Shown in pieces: positions 25,685 to 34,948 of a stretch of DNA of 52,018 nt. Source of the stretch: a virus (Duplodnaviria; Caudoviricetes); the IMG/VR virus record IMGVR_UViG_3300019874_000007, positions 1 through 52,018 of that record; one strand, 5' to 3'. A model generated the notes under the pieces. It was not told the DNA's origin and did no database searches. It saw only the letters and a program-made list of their open reading frames with translations. Every line of letters begins with the position of its first letter. The stretch's first letter is position 1. A program made the translations under genes and the position numbers.

Positions 25685-26502
25685 TGGTCGTCTTCTTTCT
25701 TGAGCGCGTCGTAGAGCTTCAAAAAGAAAGACCAGATCTTTGCCGAGTCCGAGAGGAAGAGCGGGTGCACATCTGCGCCGCGCTGCCCGATGAGGGAAGT
25801 GACTTGTTCGATGAGCGGGATGGTGTCGTAGCGGGTGCTCGCCGCCAAGTCGCTCAGCATCGAGCGGTGACCCGACCGAACCGAATTCTGGAGGAGGGCC
25901 TCGATCGACATCCCGTCTGAAATATTGTCCACGATGTATCGGACTCGGACGACGAGGATCATCTCGGCCGGCGTGAGCGCCGGCACTACTGCGAGCGCAG
26001 CGCTCGCCCCCGGAAGCATCAGGCCTCCGTCTTTGCAGGCGGGGCAATGATCGAAGTCATCGGTCACGATCCAGCCGAGCGATTCGGCGAGCCGATTGGC
26101 CTTCGCTGTCGATGCCATGCCGGGGGACTTGAGCTTGCAGCGATCACACTGCACGTTGTGGCTGCCCTGCGCCGTCTCCTCCTGGTAGTAGGCGCGGGAC
26201 AAGTCGAGCAGGTGCTCGGCGGGATCGCGCGATCCCTCGCGGGCTGATTCGACGATGCGCGTCACGAGCGCATCGGTGCCGCGAGCGAGCGCCACCATGC
26301 CGGCCTGGATCTGTCGGATGGAATCGAGGCTAGCGAGCTCGCGCTCGGCGAGCGGAGCGAGATCGGTGTTGAGGGGGCCTCCGACGCGGACGCGCTCGAG
26401 GCTTGGGGCCCGATGGGTCGTGACGACGGGCCCGCCCCACGCGCGAGTGCCGTGGGAGCGCGCCTTGCGCTTGTGTCTTTTGGGTTTGTGCTTGGAGGCC
26501 AA
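25681..26502 (-). CDS. Hypothetical protein with Zn ribbon
   Basis: CDRC...GW...DHCPAC. Confidence 0.65.
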   Translation of the reverse strand: MASKHKPKRHKRKARSHGTRAWGGPVVTTHRAPSLERVRVGGPLNTDLAPLAERELASLDSIRQIQAGMVALARGTDALVTRIVESAREGSRDPAEHLLDLSRAYYQEETAQGSHNVQCDRCKLKSPGMASTAKANRLAESLGWIVTDDFDHCPACKDGGLMLPGASAALAVVPALTPAEMILVVRVRYIVDNISDGMSIEALLQNSVRSGHRSMLSDLAASTRYDTIPLIEQVTSLIGQRGADVHPLFLSDSAKIWSFFLKLYDALKKEDDQ

Positions 26503-26510
26503 TGGAGATC

Positions 26511-26675
26511 CTAACGCGTGAGGGTGGCGAGCGCTTTGGCGTCCGCGCGTGATTGTCGGAGCGACTCGGTGAGGTGCTCGATGTGCTCTCTGAGCTCGAC
26601 GATGAGGTGCTTGGCCGCGATGAGCTCGAAGCGGAGCTCACGTGCGGTCTTCGGTTTAGGTTTGGGTCTTGCCAT
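26511..26675 (-). CDS. Small coiled-coil protein
   Basis: MARPKPKPK...; 54 aa. Confidence 0.5.
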   Translation of the reverse strand: MARPKPKPKTARELRFELIAAKHLIVELREHIEHLTESLRQSRADAKALATLTR

Positions 26676-26856
26676 GGTGTTTCTTGTTGGCGCATGCAGA
26701 GCAGAGATCGCTCGCGTCATCGGTGCCGCCATCGCACCAGCAGACCTCGTGCTTGCAGCCGGCGCAAGTGAAGGTTTGATTGAGCGCGTAGCCGCAGTTG
26801 GGTGTACCTGAGATGCAGGTGTGATCGGGTGGAGGGAGCGGGGAGCGAGTGCTCAA
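26656..26856 (-). CDS. Small Cys-rich Zn-finger protein
   Basis: CAGC..VCWCDG...CSAC. Confidence 0.55.
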   Translation of the reverse strand: MSTRSPLPPPDHTCISGTPNCGYALNQTFTCAGCKHEVCWCDGGTDDASDLCSACANKKHHGKTQT

Positions 26857-27137
26857 GCGATGGCTTTCTTCACGGCTACGATAGCGAGCTCCAGATCGGC
26901 GAGCTCACGTAGGATCCAGTCGCGGTTCGACTCGCGCGTCGCTGGGTCGAGTTCGGGATTCCCGCCATTGAGCGCCCAGAGGACGAGCATGGTTGGGGTG
27001 AGGCCCGGCTCGTTCGCGATTTCACCTTCGAAGGCGAGCCGCAGCGTCTTGTCGACCGCTTGCCCGACCTCGTGGCACTCTTCCATGAGCTGCGCGAGTT
27101 TCCCGCCGAGGGTCTTGGGCTCGTATCCGGGTTTCAT
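26853..27137 (-). CDS. MazG-like NTP pyrophosphohydrolase
   Basis: LMEECHEVGQAVDK...RELADL (EExxE / ExxD). Confidence 0.7.
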   Translation of the reverse strand: MKPGYEPKTLGGKLAQLMEECHEVGQAVDKTLRLAFEGEIANEPGLTPTMLVLWALNGGNPELDPATRESNRDWILRELADLELAIVAVKKAIA

Positions 27138-27352
27138 TCGTCCACGTCGAAGTCGTTTTCGTCATCGGAGCAGTCGATGGCGAAGTGCTCGATGTCGTCG
27201 CAGCCAATCTCTGGGCTCGCGCTGGTGATGCCCCCGCAGAAGGCGTCCGTTCGGATGGTCACCTCCATGTCGTCCGGGACGCCGTCGAGCGCTTTCCTGA
27301 GTTGCCCGACGGTGAGGCCAGGGGCTTTTTTGGTGTCGTCGTCGTTGATCAT
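27134..27352 (-). CDS. Small phage protein
   Basis: LTVGQLRKALDGVPDDMEV motif. Confidence 0.65.
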   Translation of the reverse strand: MINDDDTKKAPGLTVGQLRKALDGVPDDMEVTIRTDAFCGGITSASPEIGCDDIEHFAIDCSDDENDFDVDE

Positions 27353-27609
27353 TTGATGCCGAGCGCCCTTTTGATGTCGCGCAGCGTGATTTGGACGCCT
27401 TTCTCGTAGGCGCACTCGAGCATGAAGAGGAGATTGAGTTGGTTTCGTTCCTCGAGCGCCGGATCCCATTGCTTTGCAAACCACTCGTTGGTTTTCTGGA
27501 TCAAGAATATGTGCGTGAAATCCCCTTTGTCGATCAATCGATAATTCGTGCCAAAGGCGCTCTGGTCCTGGACCAGGGTGAAGTTTGTGCTCTGGATGAT
27601 GTTACTCAT
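27349..27609 (-). CDS. Hypothetical protein
   Basis: MSNIIQST start with GGAG RBS. Confidence 0.6.
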   Translation of the reverse strand: MSNIIQSTNFTLVQDQSAFGTNYRLIDKGDFTHIFLIQKTNEWFAKQWDPALEERNQLNLLFMLECAYEKGVQITLRDIKRALGIK

Positions 27610-27812
27610 GGTCTCCTCTGCTCTTTCCTCTCGAACCACTCGCAGCGGTGGCAGTAGGTCATTTGGGGTCCGCTTTGCAGCCGCCCCCGGGTGCACTTCG
27701 GGCAAGCCGCGCGTCTCTTGGAGGGTGCGGGAGGAAAACCCCCGCCCTGACCCAGCATCGCTACGCTGGCGGCGAGCGCGATGGTCGATACAGCGGATCG
27801 ATAGCCCGTCAT
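27606..27812 (-). CDS. Small Zn-ribbon protein
   Basis: CPKC...CHRC. Confidence 0.5.
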   Translation of the reverse strand: MTGYRSAVSTIALAASVAMLGQGGGFPPAPSKRRAACPKCTRGRLQSGPQMTYCHRCEWFERKEQRRP

Positions 27813-28600
27813 CAGCAGTCCGTCGTGCACAAGAACCCACGCCCCTCTTGCCGAGCCCAGATGCGTGCGCTCTCCATGTGTGGAGCAATCGCGTCCGTCC
27901 CGTCCTCCTCGTCGACCGGCGCGATCTCGCCCTTGTGGGGCCCGCTGACCCAGACACGGATCGAGATCTGTTGCTCGTCCGAGACGCGAGTAAACTGCAA
28001 CGGGTCGAACGAATCCACGTCGCCGATGTGCTCGGCGTAGACGAGCGCCGCGTCGTCGGCGTCATGCGCCACGACCCAGATCGAGTCATTGTCCCAGAAG
28101 ACGTGGAGCTCGTCGGGCATGTCCTTGCAGCAGATCGCGCAGTGGCGGCAGTCATTGTCGCCGATGGCGACGCATACGTGCGCGGCGCCGCTCGCGTAGA
28201 GCGACTTGAGCTCCTGCTCGAGGAGCTCGTTACGCTGCTCGAGGTAGGCGGTGACTTGACTCGCGGCCTCGTTCTGCGCGCGCTTGTATCGGGCGAAGCA
28301 GTCGCGGATGGTGTGGAAATCTTCGGGACTGGTGCCGCAGTTCGAGCAGGAGGTGGATTCCTCCATGCCGTGGACGACCGTCGTCGGGCAGAGCAATAGC
28401 TCGTGCTCGAACTCCGCGAAGGCTAGAGCGAGGTCAGCAAGGATCTCACCGTGGACGCGCTCAGCGAATGCCTCAGTCCCGGTCTCGATCCAGAGATCTA
28501 CATCGCTGCCGGATTGGGAAAGCGTTACCGCTGCCCGTCGCCGATGGTCTCGAGTGACATCGGGCTCGTCTTGGATGGCGATGTTGTCTGGTTCGGTCAT
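27812..28600 (-). CDS. Multidomain hypothetical protein; C-terminal domain paralogous to 33704-34063
   Basis: WVVAHDADDAA...GRGFLCTT. Confidence 0.65.
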   Translation of the reverse strand: MTEPDNIAIQDEPDVTRDHRRRAAVTLSQSGSDVDLWIETGTEAFAERVHGEILADLALAFAEFEHELLLCPTTVVHGMEESTSCSNCGTSPEDFHTIRDCFARYKRAQNEAASQVTAYLEQRNELLEQELKSLYASGAAHVCVAIGDNDCRHCAICCKDMPDELHVFWDNDSIWVVAHDADDAALVYAEHIGDVDSFDPLQFTRVSDEQQISIRVWVSGPHKGEIAPVDEEDGTDAIAPHMESARIWARQEGRGFLCTTDC

Positions 28601-28695
28601 GGATCGATCTCTGGGTAGGGGTTGAGCGTGAGGGGTGGCGCGATGATCAGTCTATACTCATCACCGGGCGCATCGCCCACGCCGCTTGGACCGGT

Positions 28696-29655
28696 TCAAA
28701 TGTAGGGCTCGAGTTCCGACGCCTCGAACCAATGCTTACCGTCGATGGCATCAGGAAGGAAAAACAAATTCCGCTCTGAGTCTGTGTGACTCGCGACCCG
28801 CTGGGCGCCGCTCTTCTTGTGCAGGACGCGCTCCCTGGCGAGCGGCTTCCACCGCTCCAAGATCGCCGGATCGATGAGCCCCGGGTAGCCGTCGAGGAGG
28901 ATCCACTCGACCCCACTGGGGGTCTTTACCTCCAGCACGCGCATCGGTCGGCCGAAGAGTTCTGACCCTTTCTTTGTGACCCGCACCCAGTCGCCTGGGT
29001 GAAAGCCCCACTTCTTGGTCAAGAAGGTTTCGTTGGCTGGAGGGGCGGGCTCGATTTCTTGTAATTGCGCCTTCCAGATATTGGTGCGGTTGTCGAGTTT
29101 CACGAGGAAGAACGGCATGCCTTCTGGTCCGGGGTCCAGGCCATTCGAGGTGACGACGCCGGGTCCGATGTTCGTGACGACCACGCGCTCGTCGATGCGC
29201 GGGATCCAGCGGGTCAACTGACCGGGGGTTGGGTAAAGCATTTCCCCACTCACCGTCTTCGCAACAAATCGCCCGGTGAGTTTCGAGAATCCTCCCAGCT
29301 GCACGACGACGCTGTCGCTAACTACGTACCTAGCCCAGGACCCATATTTGGGCTCCCAGCTTGGAGGCTTGACCGCGGCCAGCTGAACTGTTTCTGGGTT
29401 TGATTCGTTCTTGAACCCCGGCAAGTACTGCACGCCCACGGTCGGTCCGATCGCTGGGCGCCAGGTGAGCCCGCAGTGCTGGCAGCAGTGCGTGTGGTGA
29501 GGCTTCGTTGCGAACTCCCCTTCGTCGATGTGGAGCTTGCCGCAGATCCTCTCGGTGATCTGATGGATCGCCTGCTCTGCCTCGATGCGCTCCAAGAGCG
29601 GCAGCTGCTTGGTTATGGTGCGGAGGTATTCGAGTGATTGTCTGGTCTTGCTCAT
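28696..29655 (-). CDS. Protein with Zn motif and repeated KOW/SH3-like modules
   Basis: HHTHCCQHCG; repeated W-x-P-x-x-x-x-(W/R)V. Confidence 0.65.
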   Translation of the reverse strand: MSKTRQSLEYLRTITKQLPLLERIEAEQAIHQITERICGKLHIDEGEFATKPHHTHCCQHCGLTWRPAIGPTVGVQYLPGFKNESNPETVQLAAVKPPSWEPKYGSWARYVVSDSVVVQLGGFSKLTGRFVAKTVSGEMLYPTPGQLTRWIPRIDERVVVTNIGPGVVTSNGLDPGPEGMPFFLVKLDNRTNIWKAQLQEIEPAPPANETFLTKKWGFHPGDWVRVTKKGSELFGRPMRVLEVKTPSGVEWILLDGYPGLIDPAILERWKPLARERVLHKKSGAQRVASHTDSERNLFFLPDAIDGKHWFEASELEPYI

Positions 29656-29906
29656 AGGTCGAGATCCTCTCGGTCGAGTACTTCGTCGAAGCGGTGGGCG
29701 AGCACTTCGAGCATGGTGATGGTGTCGATGGGCCTTGGGTTCAGCGCGCACAGCTCCACGACTGCGTTGCGGATGACCTTCTGCGGGGGCAAGCAATCCT
29801 CCGCGCCTTCGGCAGGCTCGATGAGGCAGGTGAGATCTTCGAGCGCGCGGTAGTAGAGCGCGGCTTGCTCGTCAGCCTCATCGAGCATCTGGCCGATGAC
29901 GCTCAT
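29652..29906 (-). CDS. Hypothetical protein
   Basis: ATGA coupling; 84 aa. Confidence 0.55.
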   Translation of the reverse strand: MSVIGQMLDEADEQAALYYRALEDLTCLIEPAEGAEDCLPPQKVIRNAVVELCALNPRPIDTITMLEVLAHRFDEVLDREDLDL

Positions 29907-30154
29907 CGGTCGAATATTTCCTGGAAACGGAAATCGAGCGCCTTGAGTGCTTGGATGAGATCCTCGCGAGGGGGGTCGATCTGCTCCATAGCAGCGATTA
30001 TCTCGTGGAGCGATTCCCATGGCCGGGAGCCATCGGACTCGATGAGCGAGTCTTGGATATGGGGCGTCAGATGTGCGCTCGTTGCCAGGGTGAAGTCGTA
30101 GCGCTCGTCGCGCTCCCCCACGTTGACCAATTCGCGCACGAACAGGGTCTTCAT
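29903..30154 (-). CDS. Hypothetical protein
   Basis: 83 aa, coupled to the clamp gene. Confidence 0.55.
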   Translation of the reverse strand: MKTLFVRELVNVGERDERYDFTLATSAHLTPHIQDSLIESDGSRPWESLHEIIAAMEQIDPPREDLIQALKALDFRFQEIFDR

Positions 30155-31305
30155 TTCTTGCCCTTCGCCGCCGGCGGCTTGGTTTTGATGTCACTGATGA
30201 GCGACATCATGACGCTGAGGGTTTCGTTCTTGAGGAAGAGCGCGTCCTGCCCCATCACCATGTCGTAATAGAGATCGAGATCAGCGGGCGCAAACGAGCG
30301 AAGCGCCTGCGACAGTACCGCCGCATCGACATGGAACTCAAACGCGCCCGGCCCCGCGTCGGTCACGCTGAGCTCGTCCTCGCCTTGGCTCCGCTCGCTC
30401 TGTCGCGTCCGGACAGTGGCGACGCCTTCGTCGCAGCTTACATCGATCTGGATAAACCGCTCCGCGCCCTCGACGTAGTCGGCCGCGACCGAGACGGCTT
30501 TCACGCTCGTGAGAAACGCATCGCTCAAGACGCTGAAGCGCTTGGCCTGGGGAGCGCTCGCGAGCACGCGCTGAAAATCTGCTGGGAGTTTGGCTTGCAG
30601 CTGGGCCGCGCGCACCAGCATCCCGGGCGCTTCGGCGTAGATGCTGGAGGCGTCCGTGGAGAGCGTGAGGGTGGCCTTCGGATCGATGCTCCCGAGGGCT
30701 TCGAGGAGAGTGCGGGGGAGGAGCAGATCGCCCGACTGGTGGCGCTCGGTAAACCAGCCGGTCGCGACCGCCATGGCATGCCCGCTCAGCGTCACGAGGT
30801 GAAAGCGCTTGTCCTCGCCGGGCGCGAGCAGGGCCCCGTCGATGCGGTCCTTCGCAATGCCGAAGGCCACTTCGCTTGCCGCCTGTTGCAAGATCTTCGC
30901 CTCGATCGAGTACATGGGCTCGCCCGGCTTTTCGCTCAAGAGCGCTGGAAAGTCCTCGGGCGCAAACCCCGTCATCGTGAACTTCATTTTGCTGGCCGAC
31001 GATCGAATGAGCACGTGGAACTTCGCATCCACCGTGAGCTCCACGTGCCCCTCGGGGAGCCGGTCGACGCGGCTCACGAGCTCGCGGTGATTCAAGAGCG
31101 CGCGCCCCGAGGCCTTGGTCTCCCCCGCCGCCTGGCAGACGATCCCGAGGATCCCATCGGTGGCCCCGAAGGTGAGGGGCCCGCCGCCGTCAGGGGCGAC
31201 GATGAGCACGCTGCGCCGCACCGACAACATATCGGTGGAGTTGACGGCGCTGCCGACGCGCTTAAGAACGGTGAGCAGATCTTGACGACTGAGGACGATT
31301 TGCAT
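30151..31305 (-). CDS. dnaN: DNA polymerase III beta sliding clamp homolog
   Basis: 384 aa; LTFGATD, LPEG, PEDFP, three-domain pattern of the beta clamp. Confidence 0.9.
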   Translation of the reverse strand: MQIVLSRQDLLTVLKRVGSAVNSTDMLSVRRSVLIVAPDGGGPLTFGATDGILGIVCQAAGETKASGRALLNHRELVSRVDRLPEGHVELTVDAKFHVLIRSSASKMKFTMTGFAPEDFPALLSEKPGEPMYSIEAKILQQAASEVAFGIAKDRIDGALLAPGEDKRFHLVTLSGHAMAVATGWFTERHQSGDLLLPRTLLEALGSIDPKATLTLSTDASSIYAEAPGMLVRAAQLQAKLPADFQRVLASAPQAKRFSVLSDAFLTSVKAVSVAADYVEGAERFIQIDVSCDEGVATVRTRQSERSQGEDELSVTDAGPGAFEFHVDAAVLSQALRSFAPADLDLYYDMVMGQDALFLKNETLSVMMSLISDIKTKPPAAKGKK

Positions 31306-31341
31306 GCGGGCTCCAGAAAAAAAGAAGGGGGTTTGTTTTTT

Positions 31342-31854
31342 TTAAAGAGAGGCGGCGTCGACATCGACGCGCGAGATGATGCGGCAGCCGCGGTCGGTAG
31401 AGACGATGCCGTCGCCTTCCACGTTGACGTGCGCGCGAGAAGGATTTTCTTCGGGGTACTTGGCTCGCGCGTAGTCGAGGAAGCGTTTCTCGAGCGCGTG
31501 AACGGCGGCCCAGTGCGCGCGGTATTTTACGGCGTGCTCTTTCGAGCAGAAGATGTCGCTTCCGTCGCGATAGGCTTCCGGTAGGCCAACGCGCTGGGCA
31601 CACTCGCTGCAGTCAAATGCCCAGCCGCGATCGAGGAGGTGGGTGAGCAAATCGCCTTCGAAGCGGTCGAGCTCGGGGAAGCGTTCGCAGTCAACGTCGT
31701 CCCACTCGCCGTCGAGCACAGAGGCGCCGCGGCGGCGAGCTTCGGCGTGGAAGCGCGCCCACACGAACACCGAGCACTCGCGGTATTCGTTGGTCACCTG
31801 GTAGCACTTGTCGCCTTCGGGGTGGGCGAGGTAGGCGAGATCCATGAGGGTCAT
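31342..31854 (-). CDS. Hypothetical protein with Zn finger
   Basis: GWAFDCSEC...FCSKEH. Confidence 0.65.
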   Translation of the reverse strand: MTLMDLAYLAHPEGDKCYQVTNEYRECSVFVWARFHAEARRRGASVLDGEWDDVDCERFPELDRFEGDLLTHLLDRGWAFDCSECAQRVGLPEAYRDGSDIFCSKEHAVKYRAHWAAVHALEKRFLDYARAKYPEENPSRAHVNVEGDGIVSTDRGCRIISRVDVDAASL

Positions 31855-32084
31855 AGCAGTCGCTCATCCATGAGGCGTTTAAGGCTGATTAGCTCTCTGG
31901 TGAGTTGAGCTTGGAGGCCCTCGATGCGGTTGATTAGGTAAAGCTCGCGAACTCTTTGGCATCGATCGCAAAAACGCCGCCCGGGCCTCGTTGGTACGTG
32001 GCACCATTCGATGTCCCCAGCGGTAAAGCCTTCCGGATATCCGAGGCATTGGACGTTGTCTTGCTGGGCACGATGCTCGGTCAC
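31851..32084 (-). CDS. Small Zn-finger/coiled-coil protein
   Basis: C...WC...FCDRC. Confidence 0.55.
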   Translation of the reverse strand: MTEHRAQQDNVQCLGYPEGFTAGDIEWCHVPTRPGRRFCDRCQRVRELYLINRIEGLQAQLTRELISLKRLMDERLL

Positions 32085-32299
32085 TGGGGGATGCCTTCGG
32101 CGAGCAGCTTCTCGTAGGCGGCCTTCGCAGTCAGGAATTCGGTCTCCTTGAGCTGCATGATGCGTCGGTGCCGCGCTAGTTGCTCTGGTCTACACGCGAG
32201 GCAGTACGTGTTGTTCGGGAGGGTGACGTTGCCACATGTGTAAAAATCCGTGTGATCAGGAAGACGGTTCTTGCAGAAGTTGGGGGGTGATTGGCTCAT
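32081..32299 (-). CDS. Small Zn-finger/coiled-coil protein
   Basis: C...TC...YCLAC. Confidence 0.55.
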   Translation of the reverse strand: MSQSPPNFCKNRLPDHTDFYTCGNVTLPNNTYCLACRPEQLARHRRIMQLKETEFLTAKAAYEKLLAEGIPQ

Positions 32300-32646
32300 G
32301 CGGGCTCACTTTCTTTCACCGGCGCGCTCGCGCTCCAGGCTTTCCGAAACTCCACCTGATACGCCGCATCCCCCCCGAACCATTCCTTCAGCTCGCGTCG
32401 CATCGTCCCAGCGCCAAACGCCAGGGTCACCCCGAGCGCGAGCTCCGCCACGCGGTGGCAATTGAGGATGCGCTCGCATTCGAGGCAGAGCACGTACCGC
32501 GACCACTGGCCGCGATCGAAGGTGTTCAAGAAAACGTACTCCTGGCCCTTCACGATCGGATCGGGGCACTCGGCGCAGTCGTGCTGCCGCCGCGCCTTCT
32601 GGCGGTGCACGGTGCCGGGGCGACGGGTGGCGTCGTCGTCAGACAT
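32296..32646 (-). CDS. Zn-finger protein (paralog of 33314-33700)
   Basis: KARRQHDCAEC..I.KGQEY...CLEC. Confidence 0.7.
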   Translation of the reverse strand: MSDDDATRRPGTVHRQKARRQHDCAECPDPIVKGQEYVFLNTFDRGQWSRYVLCLECERILNCHRVAELALGVTLAFGAGTMRRELKEWFGGDAAYQVEFRKAWSASAPVKESEPA

Positions 32647-32866
32647 TGGTCAAGTCTTCCCGCTCGCGAAGCCGATCTCTGCCGTACTCCGTGATCGAAA
32701 AACCGTACATATGAACATTCCACTCACCCGCCTTCGCGAGGCCAAGCGATTCCAGGCTTCGCAACGTGCGTAGATTTTTTTGAGGAAAGAACCAGCAGTT
32801 GTCGGCGTTAGAGTTGGGCTCGGCGAGTTCGCCGAGGATGCGCCATTGGGCAGCGGTGAGCTTCAT
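32639..32866 (-). CDS. Small winged-helix protein
   Basis: MKLTAAQWRIL...TLRSLESLGL...ITEYGR. Confidence 0.65.
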   Translation of the reverse strand: MKLTAAQWRILGELAEPNSNADNCWFFPQKNLRTLRSLESLGLAKAGEWNVHMYGFSITEYGRDRLREREDLTNV

Positions 32867-33099
32867 GTCGGTCCCCCGAGCCCGTGCCAGCGAGCGATCT
32901 CCTCCGCCGTCGCCTGACGCGACGAATGCCCGAACGACGACCACCAGGCACCGCGTTCTCGGTGAGCCGTCGCGCCTCCATCCATGAAGTAGGTGTAACC
33001 GGAGTACACGAACCGACCGAGCCGCCGCTCCCATGCAAACGCCTCCACCTCACGCAGGCGCTCGAGAGAGAAGCGGGGCGTGCCGCCGCTTAGGCTCAC
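32863..33099 (-). CDS. Small protein, tandem paralog A
   Basis: FVYSGYTYFMDGGA...RQATAEEIARW...GPT. Confidence 0.65.
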   Translation of the reverse strand: MSLSGGTPRFSLERLREVEAFAWERRLGRFVYSGYTYFMDGGATAHRERGAWWSSFGHSSRQATAEEIARWHGLGGPT

Positions 33100-33317
33100 G
33101 TGGGCCCCCTGAGCGCGCGCCACAGCTCGATTTCTTCCTCGGTCGCTTCTCTCGCCGAGCAGCCACACCCCGCGTCCCGCCAAGGATCTCCTATACGGTA
33201 GGCCGCCGCTCCCCCATCCATGATGTAGGTCTGCCCGCAATAGACGAAGCAGCTGATCCCGATCCCGTCCGCTAACTTCCGGGACGCTTCGAGTTCCTCG
33301 AGAGAGTAATGACTCAT
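33096..33317 (-). CDS. Small protein, tandem paralog B
   Basis: FVYCGQTYIMDGGA...REATEEEIELW...GPT. Confidence 0.65.
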   Translation of the reverse strand: MSHYSLEELEASRKLADGIGISCFVYCGQTYIMDGGAAAYRIGDPWRDAGCGCSAREATEEEIELWRALRGPT

Positions 33318-33700
33318 CCCATCACCGTGGGATAGCGAGAGCGATCGCTGGGCGTCGGGGGCTTCTTCGGTACCGGCTCGCCCTTCCACGCCGCGCGAAA
33401 CGCGACCACGTAGTGGGGCTCTTCTCGGATGCACTCCCGGACGGTCTCGAGTAGCTGACCGACGTAGTAGCTCGAATTGCCGTTCATGGAATGCTCGGCG
33501 GCAGCGTGCGCCCGCTCCACGGCGTGGCATTTGTGGCAAGCAGCCCAGTCCCCCCAGTGCCCGTCCGTGAGTGACGAGCAGCGGACGTAGGACGTGCCAG
33601 GCGCGATGATCTTTCGACACTCGGCGCAGCGGTGCGCTTTACGCGCACGCCTCGTCACCTCAGCGGTGACCGTCGGCTCCCAGTCGGTTCCTTCGCACAT
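33314..33700 (-). CDS. Zn-finger protein (paralog of 32296-32646)
   Basis: RARKAHRCAEC..I.PGTSY...CHKC. Confidence 0.7.
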   Translation of the reverse strand: MCEGTDWEPTVTAEVTRRARKAHRCAECRKIIAPGTSYVRCSSLTDGHWGDWAACHKCHAVERAHAAAEHSMNGNSSYYVGQLLETVRECIREEPHYVVAFRAAWKGEPVPKKPPTPSDRSRYPTVMG

Positions 33701-33703
33701 GGC

Positions 33704-34063
33704 TCATTCCTCTGTGGATGCGAGGTAGCCGAGCCCGAAGCGCTCGACGAGCTCCGCTGCGCTCCAAGTATCGATCTCCGGCGTCTGCCCCCGCGCTCGC
33801 TCGCTGTCGAGATCGGCGAGGGTCATGGGCGTCAGGCTACAGGCCGTGTCGTCCGAGTCGAGGTAGATGTCGATGAGCTCGTCATTGGGTAGCTGCTGAA
33901 ACTCCTGCGCGTAGCCCAAGTCGTCGAAATGCTCCATCCATAGGCAGGCGGCCTCGTTCGCGGAGTGCGCCACGACGTAGTCGCCCTTGCCGAAAAAGAG
34001 AAAGAGGGGTTCGGTTTTCGCGGAGGGGATCTTGAAGGCGGGGGGACGGTTTGAGTCGGTCAT
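33704..34063 (-). CDS. Hypothetical protein
   Basis: YVVAHSANEAA...GLGYLAST. Confidence 0.65.
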   Translation of the reverse strand: MTDSNRPPAFKIPSAKTEPLFLFFGKGDYVVAHSANEAACLWMEHFDDLGYAQEFQQLPNDELIDIYLDSDDTACSLTPMTLADLDSERARGQTPEIDTWSAAELVERFGLGYLASTEE

Positions 34064-34533
34064 GATTCCTCGTCCCATCCGTAAACACCGCCGACACGCC
34101 AGCTCTTGTGGCGATACACGTGGAAGCAGAAGACTTCGTTGAAGTGCGGCTCGCCATGAAGGTAGTCACATTGAGGCGAGCCCACGCCGAGGTACGGGCC
34201 CCACTTGCACCATCGCCACCCGCCCTCCGTCGGCTGCTCGCTTTTTCTGACGCGAGTGAAAGCCACGACGTAGCCATGAGGGTCATCCGAGAGCGCACCC
34301 CAGAACCGATCGGTGAATTGTTCGACAGAGTCGACGACCCCGTACGACTCTTCGAGTCCGCCGGGGAGTTCATTCGGGAAGTCGTCCCAATCGTCGTCGA
34401 GCAGGAGATTAAAATTGAACGTCGCCACCGAATAGATGCCCGTGCTGATGCGGTGAGCAGGTCGCGCTCCCGAAAGGATAGCAAAGAGGCGAGGATTGCG
34501 GGCGTTGAGCAAGTCGGGATCGAGGAGGCTCAT
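34060..34533 (-). CDS. Phage protein with GWRWxKWGPY motif
   Basis: YGVVDS.EQ...GGWRWCKWGPYLG. Confidence 0.7.
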   Translation of the reverse strand: MSLLDPDLLNARNPRLFAILSGARPAHRISTGIYSVATFNFNLLLDDDWDDFPNELPGGLEESYGVVDSVEQFTDRFWGALSDDPHGYVVAFTRVRKSEQPTEGGWRWCKWGPYLGVGSPQCDYLHGEPHFNEVFCFHVYRHKSWRVGGVYGWDEES

Positions 34534-34589
34534 GGCTTGGCTTTCGGGAGAGGTTGTAGGGTGTCGGGATCGACCCGAGCCTCGCGGCA

Positions 34590-34793
34590 CTAGCGGAGGT
34601 AGCTCTTGACCGCCCGCGCGTCGTCGATGCGGTGGCAGGCTTTGCAGGTGGCTTCATCGACGCATTGGCTCGGGGAGATGACCGAGAGCCACCGCGTGCG
34701 CCAGTACGTCACGCCGCGTACGGAAATCTGCCTGCAGCTCTTGCCACAGAGGGTGCGGTTTTGGCCGCTAGGCAGGTGGATGATGTCCGTCAT
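34590..34793 (-). CDS. Small Zn-binding protein
   Basis: IIH...TLCG...TCKAC. Confidence 0.55.
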   Translation of the reverse strand: MTDIIHLPSGQNRTLCGKSCRQISVRGVTYWRTRWLSVISPSQCVDEATCKACHRIDDARAVKSYLR

Positions 34794-34854
34794 CGGTGAA
34801 GTGCTACGCCAGCGTTGCTCGGGATCTTCCTCGGGTCCTCGTTTTGCCAGGACG

Positions 34855-34884
34855 TTGACATCACCGTGATAGCAGTGCTAGCTT
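34855..34884 (+). promoter_or_regulatory. sigma70-type promoter at the strand switch, with a palindrome in the spacer
   Basis: TTGACA-N18-TAGCTT with extended TGn; ATCAC-C-GTGAT at 34860-34870. Confidence 0.6.
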
Positions 34885-34948
34885 CCGCCGTCTAGACCGA
34901 AATGCGGGCGTCGGGAAGATCCGACGACGCCGACCCGTAGGAACCATC

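Noticed and set aside
14846-31305. Interpreting dnaA-like, dnaB and dnaN genes as a bacterial chromosome origin region
   Set aside because: The DnaA homolog has only domain IV, and the genes are scattered among phage-type small ORFs with no housekeeping context.
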